DNA of 64,000 nt from an uncultured Oscillospiraceae bacterium. Lineage in GTDB: Bacteria > Bacillota > Clostridia > Oscillospirales > Oscillospiraceae. The stretch is taken from assembly GCA_910579965.1 (NCBI GenBank), contig CAJTWF010000003.1, positions 308 through 64,307 of the forward strand, in the 5' to 3' direction. Positions 50,086-59,626 of this stretch are shown here, in pieces (positions within the stretch are counted from its first letter, which is position 1; every line of letters starts with the position of its first letter). The notes beneath the pieces are model-generated. The model worked only from the letters and a program-made list of their open reading frames with translations, did no database searches and was not told the origin of the DNA. Position numbers and translations under genes: made by a program.

Positions 50086-52617
50086 ATGTACGAAAACCGA
50101 TTCACCCCCAGGGCCCAGAGCGCCCTGCGCCTGGCCCAGGAGGCCGCGGAGGAGCTGGGCCACAGCTACGTGGGCAGCGAGCACCTGCTGCTGGGCCTCA
50201 TGCGGGAGGAGGGCGGCGCGGCCCACCGGTGTCTGGCCGGCCAGAGCGTCACGGCGGAGAAGACCCGGGAGACCATCGCCGGCATCGTGGGCACCGGCCT
50301 GCCGGGCCTTGCCCCGCCCCAGGGCCTCACCCCCCGGGCCAAGCGGGTCATTGAGAACGCCGTGGGGGAGTCCAACCGCTTCGGCGGCGGCTACGTGGGC
50401 ACGGAGCATCTGCTGCTGGGCATCCTGCGGGAGAGCGGCACCATGGCCATGCGGGTGCTCTCCTCCATGGGCGCGGACCCCAAGAAGCTCCAGACCGCCC
50501 TCCTCCAGCGGCTGAACGCCTCCGGCAGCTCCCCCCTGTCCGGGGCGCTGCCCGGTGGCCAGAGCCTCACCGGCATACAGCCCCTGTCCGGCGGCCAGGG
50601 GCTGCGGTTCGCCCGGGAGGCCCCCACCCGCATCGCCCAGCCCCGCCGGGAGGAGACCGCCCGCTCCAAGCTGCTGGACCAGTTCACCCGCAGCCTCAAC
50701 GCCCTGGCCCGGGAGGGGCGGCTGGACCCGGTGGTGGGCCGGGACCGGGAGATCACCCGGACCATCCGCATCCTCTCCCGCCGCACCAAGAATAACCCCG
50801 TACTCATCGGTGAGCCCGGCGTGGGCAAGACCGCCGTGGCCGAGGGGCTGGCGGCCCGGATCGTCAGCGGGGACGTGCCGGAGGAGCTCTCCGGCAAGAC
50901 CATCCTCTCCATTGATCTGGCGGCCATGCTGGCGGGGACCAAGTACCGGGGGGAGTTTGAGGAGCGGGTGAAGAACGCCTTGGCGGAGATCCGGCGCATG
51001 GGCAATGTGATCCTCTTCATCGACGAGCTTCACACCATCGTGGGGGCCGGCAGCGCCGAGGGGGCGGTGGACGCGGCCAACATCCTCAAGCCCGCCCTGA
51101 GCCGGGCGGAGATCCGGGTCATCGGCGCCACCACCCGGGACGAGTACCGCCGGTATATCGAGAAGGACGCGGCCCTGGAGCGGCGGTTCCAGCCCGTGGC
51201 CGTGGAGGAGCCCTCGGCGGAGGAGGCCATTGAGATCCTCCTGGGCCTGCGGGACAAGTACGAGGCCCACCACGGTCTGGCCATCAGCGACGAGGCGGTC
51301 CGCTCCTGCGTGGAGCTCAGCCGCCGGTATCTGCCGGACCGCTTTCTGCCGGACAAGGCCATTGACCTGATGGACGAGGCCTGCTCCCGGGTGCGCATGG
51401 AGTGCGAGACCCGCACGCCGGACCTCAAGCGGCTGGAGGAGCGGCTGGAGGCGGTGCGCCGGGAGAAGGCGGAGGCCATCGCCGGGGAGGACTTCGAGGC
51501 CGCCGCCCGGCTGCGGGACGTGGAGGAGGACTTCGCCCGCCAGCTCCGGGAGGAGCGGGCCCGGTGGGTCAACGGCCGCACGGACGATCTCATCTCCGTC
51601 ACCGGGGAGGACGTGGCCGCCGTGGCCTCGGAGTGGACCGGCGTGCCGGTGCGGCAGATCACCCAGGACGAGGGGGAGCGGCTGCTGCATCTGGAGGAGG
51701 AGCTGCAGCGGCGGGTGGTGGGCCAGGATCAGGCCATTGCCGCCATGGCCCGGGCCATCCGCCGGGGCCGGGTGGGTCTGGGGGAGCCCAACCGCCCTAT
51801 CGGCAGCTTTCTCCTGCTGGGGCCCAGCGGCGTGGGCAAGACGGAGCTGTGCCGGGCCCTGTCCGCGGCCCTCTTCGGCCAGGAGGAGGCCATGATCCGG
51901 GTGGACATGTCCGAGTACGCCGAGAGCCACGCGGCCAGCCGTCTGGTGGGCTCGCCCCCGGGCTACGTGGGCCACGAGGAGGGGGGCCAGCTGACGGAGA
52001 AGGTCCGCCGCCGGCCCTACTCGGTGGTGCTCTTTGACGAGATCGAGAAGGCCCACCCGGAGGTGTGGAACCTGCTGCTGCAAATCCTGGAGGACGGCCG
52101 GCTCACGGACAGCCACGGCCGCAGGGCGGATTTCCGCAACACGGTGGTGGTGATGACCAGCAACGTAGGCGCCCGGCAGATCACCAGCCGGGGCCGCCTG
52201 GGCTTCGCCGGGGAGGACGGCGAGCAGGTCCGCCAGCGGCGGATCAGCGATCAGGTCACCGACGAGCTGAAGCGGACCTTCCGGCCGGAGTTTTTGAACC
52301 GCATCGACGAAACCGTGGTCTTCCGCCAGCTGGGGGAGGCGGATCTGGAGGAGATCGCCGCCCGGCTGCTGGAGGAGACCGGCCGGCGGATGGAGGCCCT
52401 TGGCCTGACCCTGCGGGTGGAGGAGGGCGTGACGGCCCGGCTGGCCCGGGAGGGGTTTGATCCCGCCAGCGGGGCGCGCCCCCTGCGGCGGCGCGTCCAG
52501 CGGCTGGTGGAGGAGCGGGTGGCGGAGGAGCTCCTCGCCGGCCGCCTCCGCCGGGGGGACGGCGTGAAGGTGAGCCTGCGGGAAAATGAGCTTGCTATTG
52601 AGCGGGAAAAGGAGTAA
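50086..52617 (+). CDS. clpC: ATP-dependent Clp protease ATP-binding subunit ClpC-type (class I AAA+)
   Basis: Start ATG 50086 ([21 protein letters not shown]). Two Clp-N repeats, Walker [10 protein letters not shown] and [12 protein letters not shown]-like motif ([16 protein letters not shown]), short M-domain. Confidence 0.9.
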   Translation: MYENRFTPRAQSALRLAQEAAEELGHSYVGSEHLLLGLMREEGGAAHRCLAGQSVTAEKTRETIAGIVGTGLPGLAPPQGLTPRAKRVIENAVGESNRFGGGYVGTEHLLLGILRESGTMAMRVLSSMGADPKKLQTALLQRLNASGSSPLSGALPGGQSLTGIQPLSGGQGLRFAREAPTRIAQPRREETARSKLLDQFTRSLNALAREGRLDPVVGRDREITRTIRILSRRTKNNPVLIGEPGVGKTAVAEGLAARIVSGDVPEELSGKTILSIDLAAMLAGTKYRGEFEERVKNALAEIRRMGNVILFIDELHTIVGAGSAEGAVDAANILKPALSRAEIRVIGATTRDEYRRYIEKDAALERRFQPVAVEEPSAEEAIEILLGLRDKYEAHHGLAISDEAVRSCVELSRRYLPDRFLPDKAIDLMDEACSRVRMECETRTPDLKRLEERLEAVRREKAEAIAGEDFEAAARLRDVEEDFARQLREERARWVNGRTDDLISVTGEDVAAVASEWTGVPVRQITQDEGERLLHLEEELQRRVVGQDQAIAAMARAIRRGRVGLGEPNRPIGSFLLLGPSGVGKTELCRALSAALFGQEEAMIRVDMSEYAESHAASRLVGSPPGYVGHEEGGQLTEKVRRRPYSVVLFDEIEKAHPEVWNLLLQILEDGRLTDSHGRRADFRNTVVVMTSNVGARQITSRGRLGFAGEDGEQVRQRRISDQVTDELKRTFRPEFLNRIDETVVFRQLGEADLEEIAARLLEETGRRMEALGLTLRVEEGVTARLAREGFDPASGARPLRRRVQRLVEERVAEELLAGRLRRGDGVKVSLRENELAIEREKE

Positions 52618-52682
52618 AATGGAATAATAGCATTTTCCGCCCCAGGTAATCATTTGGACCCGCATGAGAAAGGAGAGACATC

Positions 52683-54407
52683 ATGCCATTTTCCGGTCAA
52701 GACGCCAAGGGCTTTCAGTGGGAGGGATTTTCCAGCGGCGCGCCCTCCCAGAACAGCCCGCCCAAGCCGAAAAAGCCCCGCAAGGCGGTAAAGAGCCCCG
52801 TCACCCGGGTGCTCATCAATCTGGCCGTGACATTGGCGGTGGGACTCGTATACTTCTACGTCAACCTGCCGCCTATCAACCTCCAGGCCCCGGAGTTTCA
52901 CACCTTCGTCCTGCTGCTGTGCGTCATCTACTGCGGCTGCGCCGTGCTCACCAGCGGCTTTCAGGGCCAGGGGGTGAAGGGGTACTTCCAGTTCCTGAAG
53001 AGACAGTGCCTGGTTCCGGTGGCGGCAGCTGTTTTGTCCCTGCTGCTGTGCATCGGCGGCAGCGTGGTAGGCTCGGTCATCTTCCGGGCCAAGGACTACG
53101 CCCAGCTGCTGCCCATCCAGGTGGGCGACTTTGCCGCTGAGGTGGACGAGATCTCCTACGATCAGATCCCCATGCTGGACCGGCAGTCCGCCGAGCGGCT
53201 GGGGGACCGGAAGCTGGGCGAGCTCAGCGACATGGTCAGCCAGTTTGACGTGGTCAACGACTACACCCAAATCAACTACCGGGGCCGCCCGGTGCGCATC
53301 GCCACGCTGACGTATATGGACCTCATCAAGTGGTTCACCAACCGCTCCGACGGCCTGCCCGCCTATCTGCTCATCGACATGGTCACCCAGAACGTGGAGC
53401 TGGTGCGGCTGGAGGAGGGGATCAAGTACACCAACGTGGAGCACTTCGGCCGCAACCTCTACCGCCACCTCCGCTTCCACTTCCCCACCTACCTCTTTGC
53501 CCAGCCGGTGATGGAGATCGACGAGGAGGGGGTCCCCTACTGGATCTGCCCCCGGCTGGTGCGGACCATCGGCCTGTTCGGCGGCACGGACGTGAAGGGC
53601 GCGGTGCTGGTCAACGCCATTACGGGGGAGTGCGTCTACTATGAGCAGGTCCCCGACTGGGTGGACAATCTCTACCCCGCCGGGCTCATTGTCCAGCAGT
53701 ACGACTACTACGGCATGTACCACAACGGCTTCCTCAACTCCCTGTTCGGCCAGCGGGACGTGACGGTCACCACCGACGACTACAACTATATTGCCATGGG
53801 CGACGACGTGTGGGTCTACACCGGCGTGACCTCCATCGGCGGGGACCAGTCCAACATCGGCTTTATCCTCACCAACCAGCGCACCAAGGAGAGCCATTTC
53901 TACTCCTGCGCCGGCGCCACGGAGCACTCCGCCATGGACAGCGCCGAGGGCATGCTGCAAAACCTGAAGTACAAGGCCACCTTCCCCCTGCTGCTGAACG
54001 TGGGGGGCCAGCCCACCTACTTCATGGCCATGAAGGACAACGCCCAGCTGGTGAAGAAGTACGCCATGGTCAACGTCCGGCAGTATCAGGTGGTGGCCAC
54101 CGGGGACACAGTGGCCGAGTGCGAGCAGAACTATCTGTCCATGCTCAGTCAGAACGGCATTGTGGAAAGCGGCACAGGCCTCGCCGGCACGGAGACCGTG
54201 GAGGGCGCTGTCGCTGAAATCCGCTCCGCCGTGATGGAGGGCAACAGCTATTACTTCATCCGGCTCATCGGCGGCGACGTGTTCTACAGCGTGTGCGCCG
54301 CAGACCAGCCCCTGGCGGTGATTGTCAGCCCCGGCGATCAGGTGTCCATCACCTTCCACCCGGGCCGGGAGAGCATCCTCAGCGGCGTGTCGCTGGAACG
54401 GAAGTGA
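52683..54407 (+). CDS. conserved-looking membrane protein of unknown function (N-terminal TM helices plus large extracytoplasmic domain)
   Basis: 574-aa ORF, RBS AAGGAGAG 5 nt upstream. Three hydrophobic segments within residues about 40-135, then a roughly 430-aa soluble domain with normal coding composition. Confidence 0.75.
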   Translation: MPFSGQDAKGFQWEGFSSGAPSQNSPPKPKKPRKAVKSPVTRVLINLAVTLAVGLVYFYVNLPPINLQAPEFHTFVLLLCVIYCGCAVLTSGFQGQGVKGYFQFLKRQCLVPVAAAVLSLLLCIGGSVVGSVIFRAKDYAQLLPIQVGDFAAEVDEISYDQIPMLDRQSAERLGDRKLGELSDMVSQFDVVNDYTQINYRGRPVRIATLTYMDLIKWFTNRSDGLPAYLLIDMVTQNVELVRLEEGIKYTNVEHFGRNLYRHLRFHFPTYLFAQPVMEIDEEGVPYWICPRLVRTIGLFGGTDVKGAVLVNAITGECVYYEQVPDWVDNLYPAGLIVQQYDYYGMYHNGFLNSLFGQRDVTVTTDDYNYIAMGDDVWVYTGVTSIGGDQSNIGFILTNQRTKESHFYSCAGATEHSAMDSAEGMLQNLKYKATFPLLLNVGGQPTYFMAMKDNAQLVKKYAMVNVRQYQVVATGDTVAECEQNYLSMLSQNGIVESGTGLAGTETVEGAVAEIRSAVMEGNSYYFIRLIGGDVFYSVCAADQPLAVIVSPGDQVSITFHPGRESILSGVSLERK

Positions 54408-54416
54408 GCTTTGGTG

Positions 54417-54597
54417 TCATCCTTTTCTTTGTGAACAAAGAAAAGGATCAAAAGAAAAACTTTAGAGGATAAAAACGGGCTGCCGGCAGCCGGTCCCAAG
54501 CGCGTTCGCGGCGCTGGGCCGATTAACTGCCGGCAGCCTGTTCCATCTCCTCTAAAGTTCTTTTTTGATTCTTTTTTCTTCCAAGAAAAAAGAATGG
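54417..54597. repeat. nested-palindrome intergenic repeat, copy B (between convergent genes)
   Basis: ATCCTTTTCTTTG-TGAA-CAAAGAAAAGGAT (54419-54448). Inner arms TCAAAAGAAAAACTTTAGAGGA / TCCTCTAAAGTTCTTTTTTGA. Two CTGCCGGCAG cores. ATTCTTTTTTCTT-CC-AAGAAAAAAGAAT (54568-54595). Confidence 0.75.
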
Positions 54598-54600
54598 GCT

Positions 54601-55824
54601 CTAAAACGCAAAGTTTCCGTCAATAAAGATGTCCACGTCACGGCCGTCCCGGGTGCGGCCCGTGATGCGCAGGTCCGCCGTGCCCACCATGAAGTCCACG
54701 TGGGTGATGGAGGTGTTGAGGCCATGGGCCTGCCGCTCCTCCTTGGTCATGTCCTCGCCGCCCTTCAGGCACTCCGGATAGGCCTCTCCAAAGGCCAGGT
54801 GGCAGGATGCGTTTTCGTCAAAGAGGGTATTGTAATAGAGCAGCTTCTGGTTGCTGATGGGGCTGTCATAGGGCACTAAGGCCACCTCCCCGAAGTAGGA
54901 GGCCCCCTCGTCCAGGGTCACGGCGGCCCGCAGGGCCTCCTCCCCGATCTGGGCGTGAACCTCCACGATCTTCCCCTCACGGACCACCATGTGGAACTTG
55001 TCCATAATCACGCCGTTGTGGACCAGGGGCATGGCCGCGTACACCACGCCGTCCACCCCTGTGCGCAGGGGCGCGGTGAAGATCTCCTCCGTGGGCATGT
55101 TGGCGATGTAGGGTACGCCGGACTTGGTGACGGTGCTGCCCCCCGCCCAGACGGCCCCCTCCGGCAGGCGGATGGTCAGGTCCGTGCCCAGGCTGTTTTT
55201 GTAATGGAGGCTCTCCAGGTTCAGCTCGTTGAGCGTGTCCATACGGCGCTGGAGGGTGTCCAGGTGGGTCCGCCAGCGCTCCACCGCATCCCCGCCGCCC
55301 ACGCGGACAGCCTGAAGGATGGCCGCCCACAGCTTCTCCACGGCCTCCTCCTCCCCGCAGCCGGGAAATACCTTCTTCGCCCAGGAGGGGATGGGGATGG
55401 AGGCGATGCACCAGGGGATGGCGCTGCCCATAGTGGCCTCGCGGTAGGGCTTAAGGGCCTCGCCGCTGGCCCTCTGGGCCCGGGTGAGCCGGTCCGGATC
55501 CACCCCGGCCATGTTCTCCGGATCAGAGGCGCTGATCCGCAGGAATGCCGCCCCCTCCCCGGCATAGCCGTTCATGAACTCGGCAAGCCACTTAGGGAGC
55601 GTGTCAAAAACGTCCGGCTCCGCGCGGAGGAATTTCTCCCGGGTCAGCGCATCGTCGTTCCACTTCATGATGACCTCGCGGCAGCCGGCGGCGTAGGCCG
55701 CCTTGGCGCACAGCCGGGCAAACCAGGCGCAGTCCACCGGCGCGTCGATGATTAAATTCTGTCCCTTCTGGATGTTTACGCCCACCTCCACCAGAAGCCT
55801 GGCGTACTCTTCATATCGCTGCAT
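54601..55824 (-). CDS. aminopeptidase, peptidase family M29 (AmpS/PepS-like)
   Basis: 407 aa. MQRYEEYARLLVEVGVNIQKGQNLII... and C-terminal ...HLAFGEAYPECL...HVDFM... typical of M29 aminopeptidases. Confidence 0.88.
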   Translation of the reverse strand: MQRYEEYARLLVEVGVNIQKGQNLIIDAPVDCAWFARLCAKAAYAAGCREVIMKWNDDALTREKFLRAEPDVFDTLPKWLAEFMNGYAGEGAAFLRISASDPENMAGVDPDRLTRAQRASGEALKPYREATMGSAIPWCIASIPIPSWAKKVFPGCGEEEAVEKLWAAILQAVRVGGGDAVERWRTHLDTLQRRMDTLNELNLESLHYKNSLGTDLTIRLPEGAVWAGGSTVTKSGVPYIANMPTEEIFTAPLRTGVDGVVYAAMPLVHNGVIMDKFHMVVREGKIVEVHAQIGEEALRAAVTLDEGASYFGEVALVPYDSPISNQKLLYYNTLFDENASCHLAFGEAYPECLKGGEDMTKEERQAHGLNTSITHVDFMVGTADLRITGRTRDGRDVDIFIDGNFAF

Positions 55825-55853
55825 GTTTTTTCTCCTTTACTTTTGTGGCGTCA

Positions 55854-56732
55854 TCAAAATACGGTGGCCGTCCACTGGTTGGTGTACACCTCCCCCGGGA
55901 GCAGCGCCATCAGATCGTTCTGCTGGGCCAGGTCCTCCACCACCCCGTCCCGGGAGGGCAGGCTCAGCCAGGGCTCCAGGCATACGAAGGGCGCGTCGCT
56001 CTCCGGCTTGTGCCAGATCCCCAGGTAACGCATCCGGGGGTAGGAGACCGTGACGCCTCGCGTCCCCTCTCCGGCGGAGAGGGTGACCGTGCGGTCCATG
56101 TTCTTGAGGATGATGGCGTCCCGGTCAAAGAGGTCATGGCGCAGCGGCAGGACCCGGCCCTCCTCCAGGGGGTAGGGCTCCTCCTGGCCGCCGATCATGT
56201 AGTTTTCGCTCAGGAGCACCCGGCTGGGCTGGCAGGGACGGGCGAAGGTGAGCCGGTAGCCGGTGAAGGACCGCCCCGCCTCCAGGGGGACCCGGAAGCC
56301 GGGGTGGGCCCCCAGGCCAAAGTACATCTCCTTTTCGTCCCGGTTCTCCACCCGGTAGGTGACAGAGAGGGTGGAACCCTCCAGGCGAAAGATGACGTCA
56401 AAGGCAAAGGCCCAGGGGTAGCAGGCGCGGGTCTCGGCGCTGTCGGTCATGCGCAGGGCGATTTGGTCCGGGCCCTGGTCCAGGGGGGTGAACACGGTCC
56501 GGCCGGCAAAGCCGTGGCGGGTCATGGGGTAGGTCCTGCCGCCGCAGGTATAGCTGTCCTGGGTCAGGCGGCCCACGTAGGGGAACAGGTTGGGGGCGCG
56601 GTTGCGCCAGTAGGCCGGGTCCCCGCTCCAGAGGTACTCCGTTCCGTCGCCGGCGGTGATGGACATCAGCTGCGCGCCCAGCTCGTCAATGGTCACGGTC
56701 AGCCCATCGCTGCGGATTGTGTGCTGCATCAT
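55854..56732 (-). CDS. aldose 1-epimerase family protein (galactose mutarotase-like, LacX-type)
   Basis: Start at ATGATG 56732 after GGAGGAACGA. ...NLFPYVGR...HGF...GAHPGF...EPW... motif series of the mutarotase fold. Confidence 0.82.
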   Translation of the reverse strand: MMQHTIRSDGLTVTIDELGAQLMSITAGDGTEYLWSGDPAYWRNRAPNLFPYVGRLTQDSYTCGGRTYPMTRHGFAGRTVFTPLDQGPDQIALRMTDSAETRACYPWAFAFDVIFRLEGSTLSVTYRVENRDEKEMYFGLGAHPGFRVPLEAGRSFTGYRLTFARPCQPSRVLLSENYMIGGQEEPYPLEEGRVLPLRHDLFDRDAIILKNMDRTVTLSAGEGTRGVTVSYPRMRYLGIWHKPESDAPFVCLEPWLSLPSRDGVVEDLAQQNDLMALLPGEVYTNQWTATVF

Positions 56733-56772
56733 TCGTTCCTCCATTTGTGTTGATATAGTCGCTTTTGCCTGC

Positions 56773-56801
56773 ATTATATCACAGGTTTCCCACCGGGTAA
56801 A
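56773..56801 (-). promoter_or_regulatory. candidate promoter (extended -10) for the epimerase/aminopeptidase genes
   Basis: Minus strand: TTTACC, 17 nt, TGATATAAT. Confidence 0.45.
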
Positions 56802-56844
56802 GACCGCGTTTGGCGCCCCTCTGCCTGCGGCTGAGACGCACAAA

Positions 56845-56876
56845 GGAGCTGGCGGACGCTTCAGTCTGCCAGCTCC
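56845..56876 (-). terminator. hairpin terminator after cheY
   Basis: GGAGCTGGCGGAC-N6-GTCTGCCAGCTCC (one G-U pair), 6 nt past the cheY stop. Followed on the minus strand by TTTGTGCGTCTC. Confidence 0.5.
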
Positions 56877-56881
56877 TGCTC

Positions 56882-57244
56882 TTATGTCAGCGCCAGATCC
56901 AGCGCACCCAGCAGGCTCACCCGGTCAATGGGCTTATAGAGGAGGGTCTTGGCCCCGATGGCCATTGCCTCGTTGACGGTGTCGTCGTAGCCCAGGGAGG
57001 ACACCATGATAATCCTGGCATCGGGGTGCTCCTCAATGATGATCTTGGCGGCCTCCAGGCCGTCGATCCCGGGCATAATAATATCCATGGTGACGATATC
57101 CGGCTGCACCTCGTTATAGCGGGCGATCGCCGTCTCGCCGTCCTCGCAGAAGGCGGCCACTTCAAACCCGGACCCCTCCAGCAGCTTGCTGATCTGCATC
57201 TCCATAGCAAGGGAATCATCCACAACCATAACCCTTTTTTTCAT
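56882..57244 (-). CDS. cheY: CheY-like single-domain response regulator
   Basis: 120 aa. VMVVDDS, phospho-acceptor ...IVTMDIIMP..., ...MVSS..., ...YKP (conserved Lys). ATGA overlap with the upstream gene. Confidence 0.9.
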   Translation of the reverse strand: MKKRVMVVDDSLAMEMQISKLLEGSGFEVAAFCEDGETAIARYNEVQPDIVTMDIIMPGIDGLEAAKIIIEEHPDARIIMVSSLGYDDTVNEAMAIGAKTLLYKPIDRVSLLGALDLALT

Positions 57245-57750
57245 AAAGCGGCACCTTCCTTTTGTTCACTTTGGCCCAGCAGCCCGCCGCCGTTGGCAGT
57301 TAACGCGTGGTGAATCAGCTGGGCGCTTTCATTTTCATCGCTGGAATAGGTGAGGACAATGTGCGGCAGGTGGTTCTCCGGCATGTAGCGGCCCTGGCAG
57401 AAGGCTGGGACGTGAAACCGGGCCGGCACCTTTGTAATTTGGTACAGCTGGGTGGCAACATGCCCGCACAGCACATTGAAGAACTCCTTGGCAAAGAGCT
57501 CCACCTCCCGGGACGTAACGTCCTCCTTCTCCATCATGCGCCGGGTCAGCCGGACAAACATGGACTTCTCCGCGCACAGGGACAGACTGGTGTGGTACCC
57601 CTTGTCAAAGGTGGTATAGACCGTACACAGCTCCCCTTCCAGCTGCGTCTGGCTTGAATGGAGGACGATCCCGGCCTCCCGCTGGGTAATATCCCGGACA
57701 ACATGATCGAAAATCTCGGTCAGCCGCTCCCGCTGCATAGCAGTATCCAT
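57241..57750 (-). CDS. cheX: CheX/CheC-type CheY-P phosphatase
   Basis: 169 aa. Contains an exact E-x2-N-x22-P phosphatase motif (EFFN + 22 residues + P). Confidence 0.72.
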   Translation of the reverse strand: MDTAMQRERLTEIFDHVVRDITQREAGIVLHSSQTQLEGELCTVYTTFDKGYHTSLSLCAEKSMFVRLTRRMMEKEDVTSREVELFAKEFFNVLCGHVATQLYQITKVPARFHVPAFCQGRYMPENHLPHIVLTYSSDENESAQLIHHALTANGGGLLGQSEQKEGAAL

Positions 57751-57789
57751 GGATTCTCTCCTTTCTGCCGCATTGACTGCAAAAAGCGG

Positions 57790-59556
57790 CTACATCATCA
57801 CGATCTCATCCCGTATCATGGTAATGACACAGTGCCGGGAGAGATCATGCACCCGGAACACCTCGTCCCCGATGCGGACCTTGGTGCCCGGATAGGCCGC
57901 GCCGCACTCCAGCCGGCCGCTCTCCCGCTCCCGCTCCGGCGCCATGCGCTCCCGCCGCTCCTCCAGCTGCCGCAGCTTCATCTCCGCTGTGGCCAGCTTG
58001 ATCTTCGCCTTGCTGAGGAGGCTGGACTTGACGGGGCTGTCCGGCTGGCACTCCAGCCGCTCCAGCTCCATCTCCATGGCGTTGACCGCCCGCTGGGTGA
58101 TCTCCTGCTCAAAGCTGGCGCAGGGCTTCCCGCCCAGGACGATGGAGGTCTTGCACTCGGACTGGGAGCCCACGGTGTGGGCGCAGATCCGCTTGGCCGC
58201 CCAGACCCGGCCGCCCATGATAACGCCGCGGCCCGACTGGACCAGCACCTCCCCGCCGCAGTAGATGCTGCTGCCGATGATGCAGTCCGTCTGGAGGTTC
58301 TCCCGCACGGAGATGGTGGCGTTTTCAACGTATTTGGAGAAGATGCTCCGATGGACCTGAACGGTGGTGGTGCCGTCGCCCAGAATGCCCTTGACAACGG
58401 CCAGATCCCCGCCGGCCTCTATGGTGCTGCCGGCCTCCACCACGCCGGCGATGTGGATGTTGCCCATCGCCCGGACCGTAAAGCCGCTGAGCACGTTGCC
58501 GCCGATGTTGATGTCCCCCAGGAAGTCCAGATCCCCGGTGGAGAAATCCACGTTTCCGGAGATCTCCAGCACCGGCTTGACCTGGAAGCTCCGCCCGGTG
58601 AACTCCACGGACCCGTCGATGGAGGCCAGCAGCTGGGTCCCGTCCTCGCTGATCTCCGTGTTCCGTCCCTGGGGCAGGGGCACGTTCTTGCCGCTCTTGG
58701 CCGGGATCTCCTGGTCCAGCACCGTCCGCCCCGGCTCGCCCTCGGTGGGCTTGATCAGATGGCAGATCTCCTGCCCCTTCTCCACGTTGTAGATGAGGTT
58801 GAGGGCGGTGTAGTCCACCTGGTCAAACTCATCCACCTCCAGCACCCGCTCAATAACCCGGGGGAAGTTATCCACGATGTTGCCGTTTTTCCCGTCAAAG
58901 GCCGGCTTCCCCTTGGCGATGAGGTACAGGTTGAAGTACCGCCTCTCGTCATGGGCGATGCGGTCCGCCAGGCGCGTGTCCACGCCGAAGCCGATCTCGT
59001 TGGTAATCAGCGCCTCGTAGAGCATATCCCGGGAGAGCTCCTTCCCTCCGCCGATGGGCGGGAGGACAACCACCCAGGCGTAGAGCTTATCTGAGGAGAG
59101 GAAAAAGAGCGGAAGGGCGTCCAGAGCCAGGGCCTCATTCTCCGCCGTCTCCGCCGTCTCCGCCTCCTCCGGCTCCTCCCCCTTGGCGGGCTTCCTCCTC
59201 CGGGAGCCGCCGCTGCGCCCCTTGGCCTCCTTCAGCCTCGCGGAGCAGGCCTTGGTCAGCACTGTCCGCAGGCGGCCCAGCTCCCGATGCACCATCTCCG
59301 GCGGGAGCACGCCGTCCTCGTCCAGGCAGAGACGGGGCGCGGGCAGATATCCGGCCTCCTGCCGGCGCTGGTTGTAGAGACGGTAAATCTGATGCTCCGC
59401 GCTCAGCTCCAGCAGCGACTGGTTGAGCACGCCGGGGCCGGAGGACTCCGGAGCCTGCTCGGGTTCGGGCTCCAGCGTTCCGGCGCTCTCCTTGTCCGGC
59501 GGCTTCGCGGAGGGCTGGCCGCGCAGAAGCGCCGCCAGCTTATCCTTGATCGACAT
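57790..59556 (-). CDS. FapA-family (DUF342) protein
   Basis: Repetitive beta-helix-like central region (GNVDFSTGDLDFLGDINIGGNVLSGFTVRAMGNIHIAGVVEAGSTIEAGGDLAV...). C-terminal coiled coil. The start is uncertain: ATG 59556 or GTG 59592. Confidence 0.78.
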   Translation of the reverse strand: MSIKDKLAALLRGQPSAKPPDKESAGTLEPEPEQAPESSGPGVLNQSLLELSAEHQIYRLYNQRRQEAGYLPAPRLCLDEDGVLPPEMVHRELGRLRTVLTKACSARLKEAKGRSGGSRRRKPAKGEEPEEAETAETAENEALALDALPLFFLSSDKLYAWVVVLPPIGGGKELSRDMLYEALITNEIGFGVDTRLADRIAHDERRYFNLYLIAKGKPAFDGKNGNIVDNFPRVIERVLEVDEFDQVDYTALNLIYNVEKGQEICHLIKPTEGEPGRTVLDQEIPAKSGKNVPLPQGRNTEISEDGTQLLASIDGSVEFTGRSFQVKPVLEISGNVDFSTGDLDFLGDINIGGNVLSGFTVRAMGNIHIAGVVEAGSTIEAGGDLAVVKGILGDGTTTVQVHRSIFSKYVENATISVRENLQTDCIIGSSIYCGGEVLVQSGRGVIMGGRVWAAKRICAHTVGSQSECKTSIVLGGKPCASFEQEITQRAVNAMEMELERLECQPDSPVKSSLLSKAKIKLATAEMKLRQLEERRERMAPERERESGRLECGAAYPGTKVRIGDEVFRVHDLSRHCVITMIRDEIVMM

Positions 59557-59626
59557 ATTGCCGTCATCACTTCCTTTCCAAAGGTGTTTCACAAAAATGA
59601 AACCATTTCATGAAAACGCCGCCACA

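Noticed and set aside
49984-52665. 893-aa minus-strand ORF
   Set aside because: It is antisense to clpC, which has two Walker A/B sets and Clp-N repeats. There is no RBS, and the translation is low-complexity Pro/Gly/Leu/Ala.
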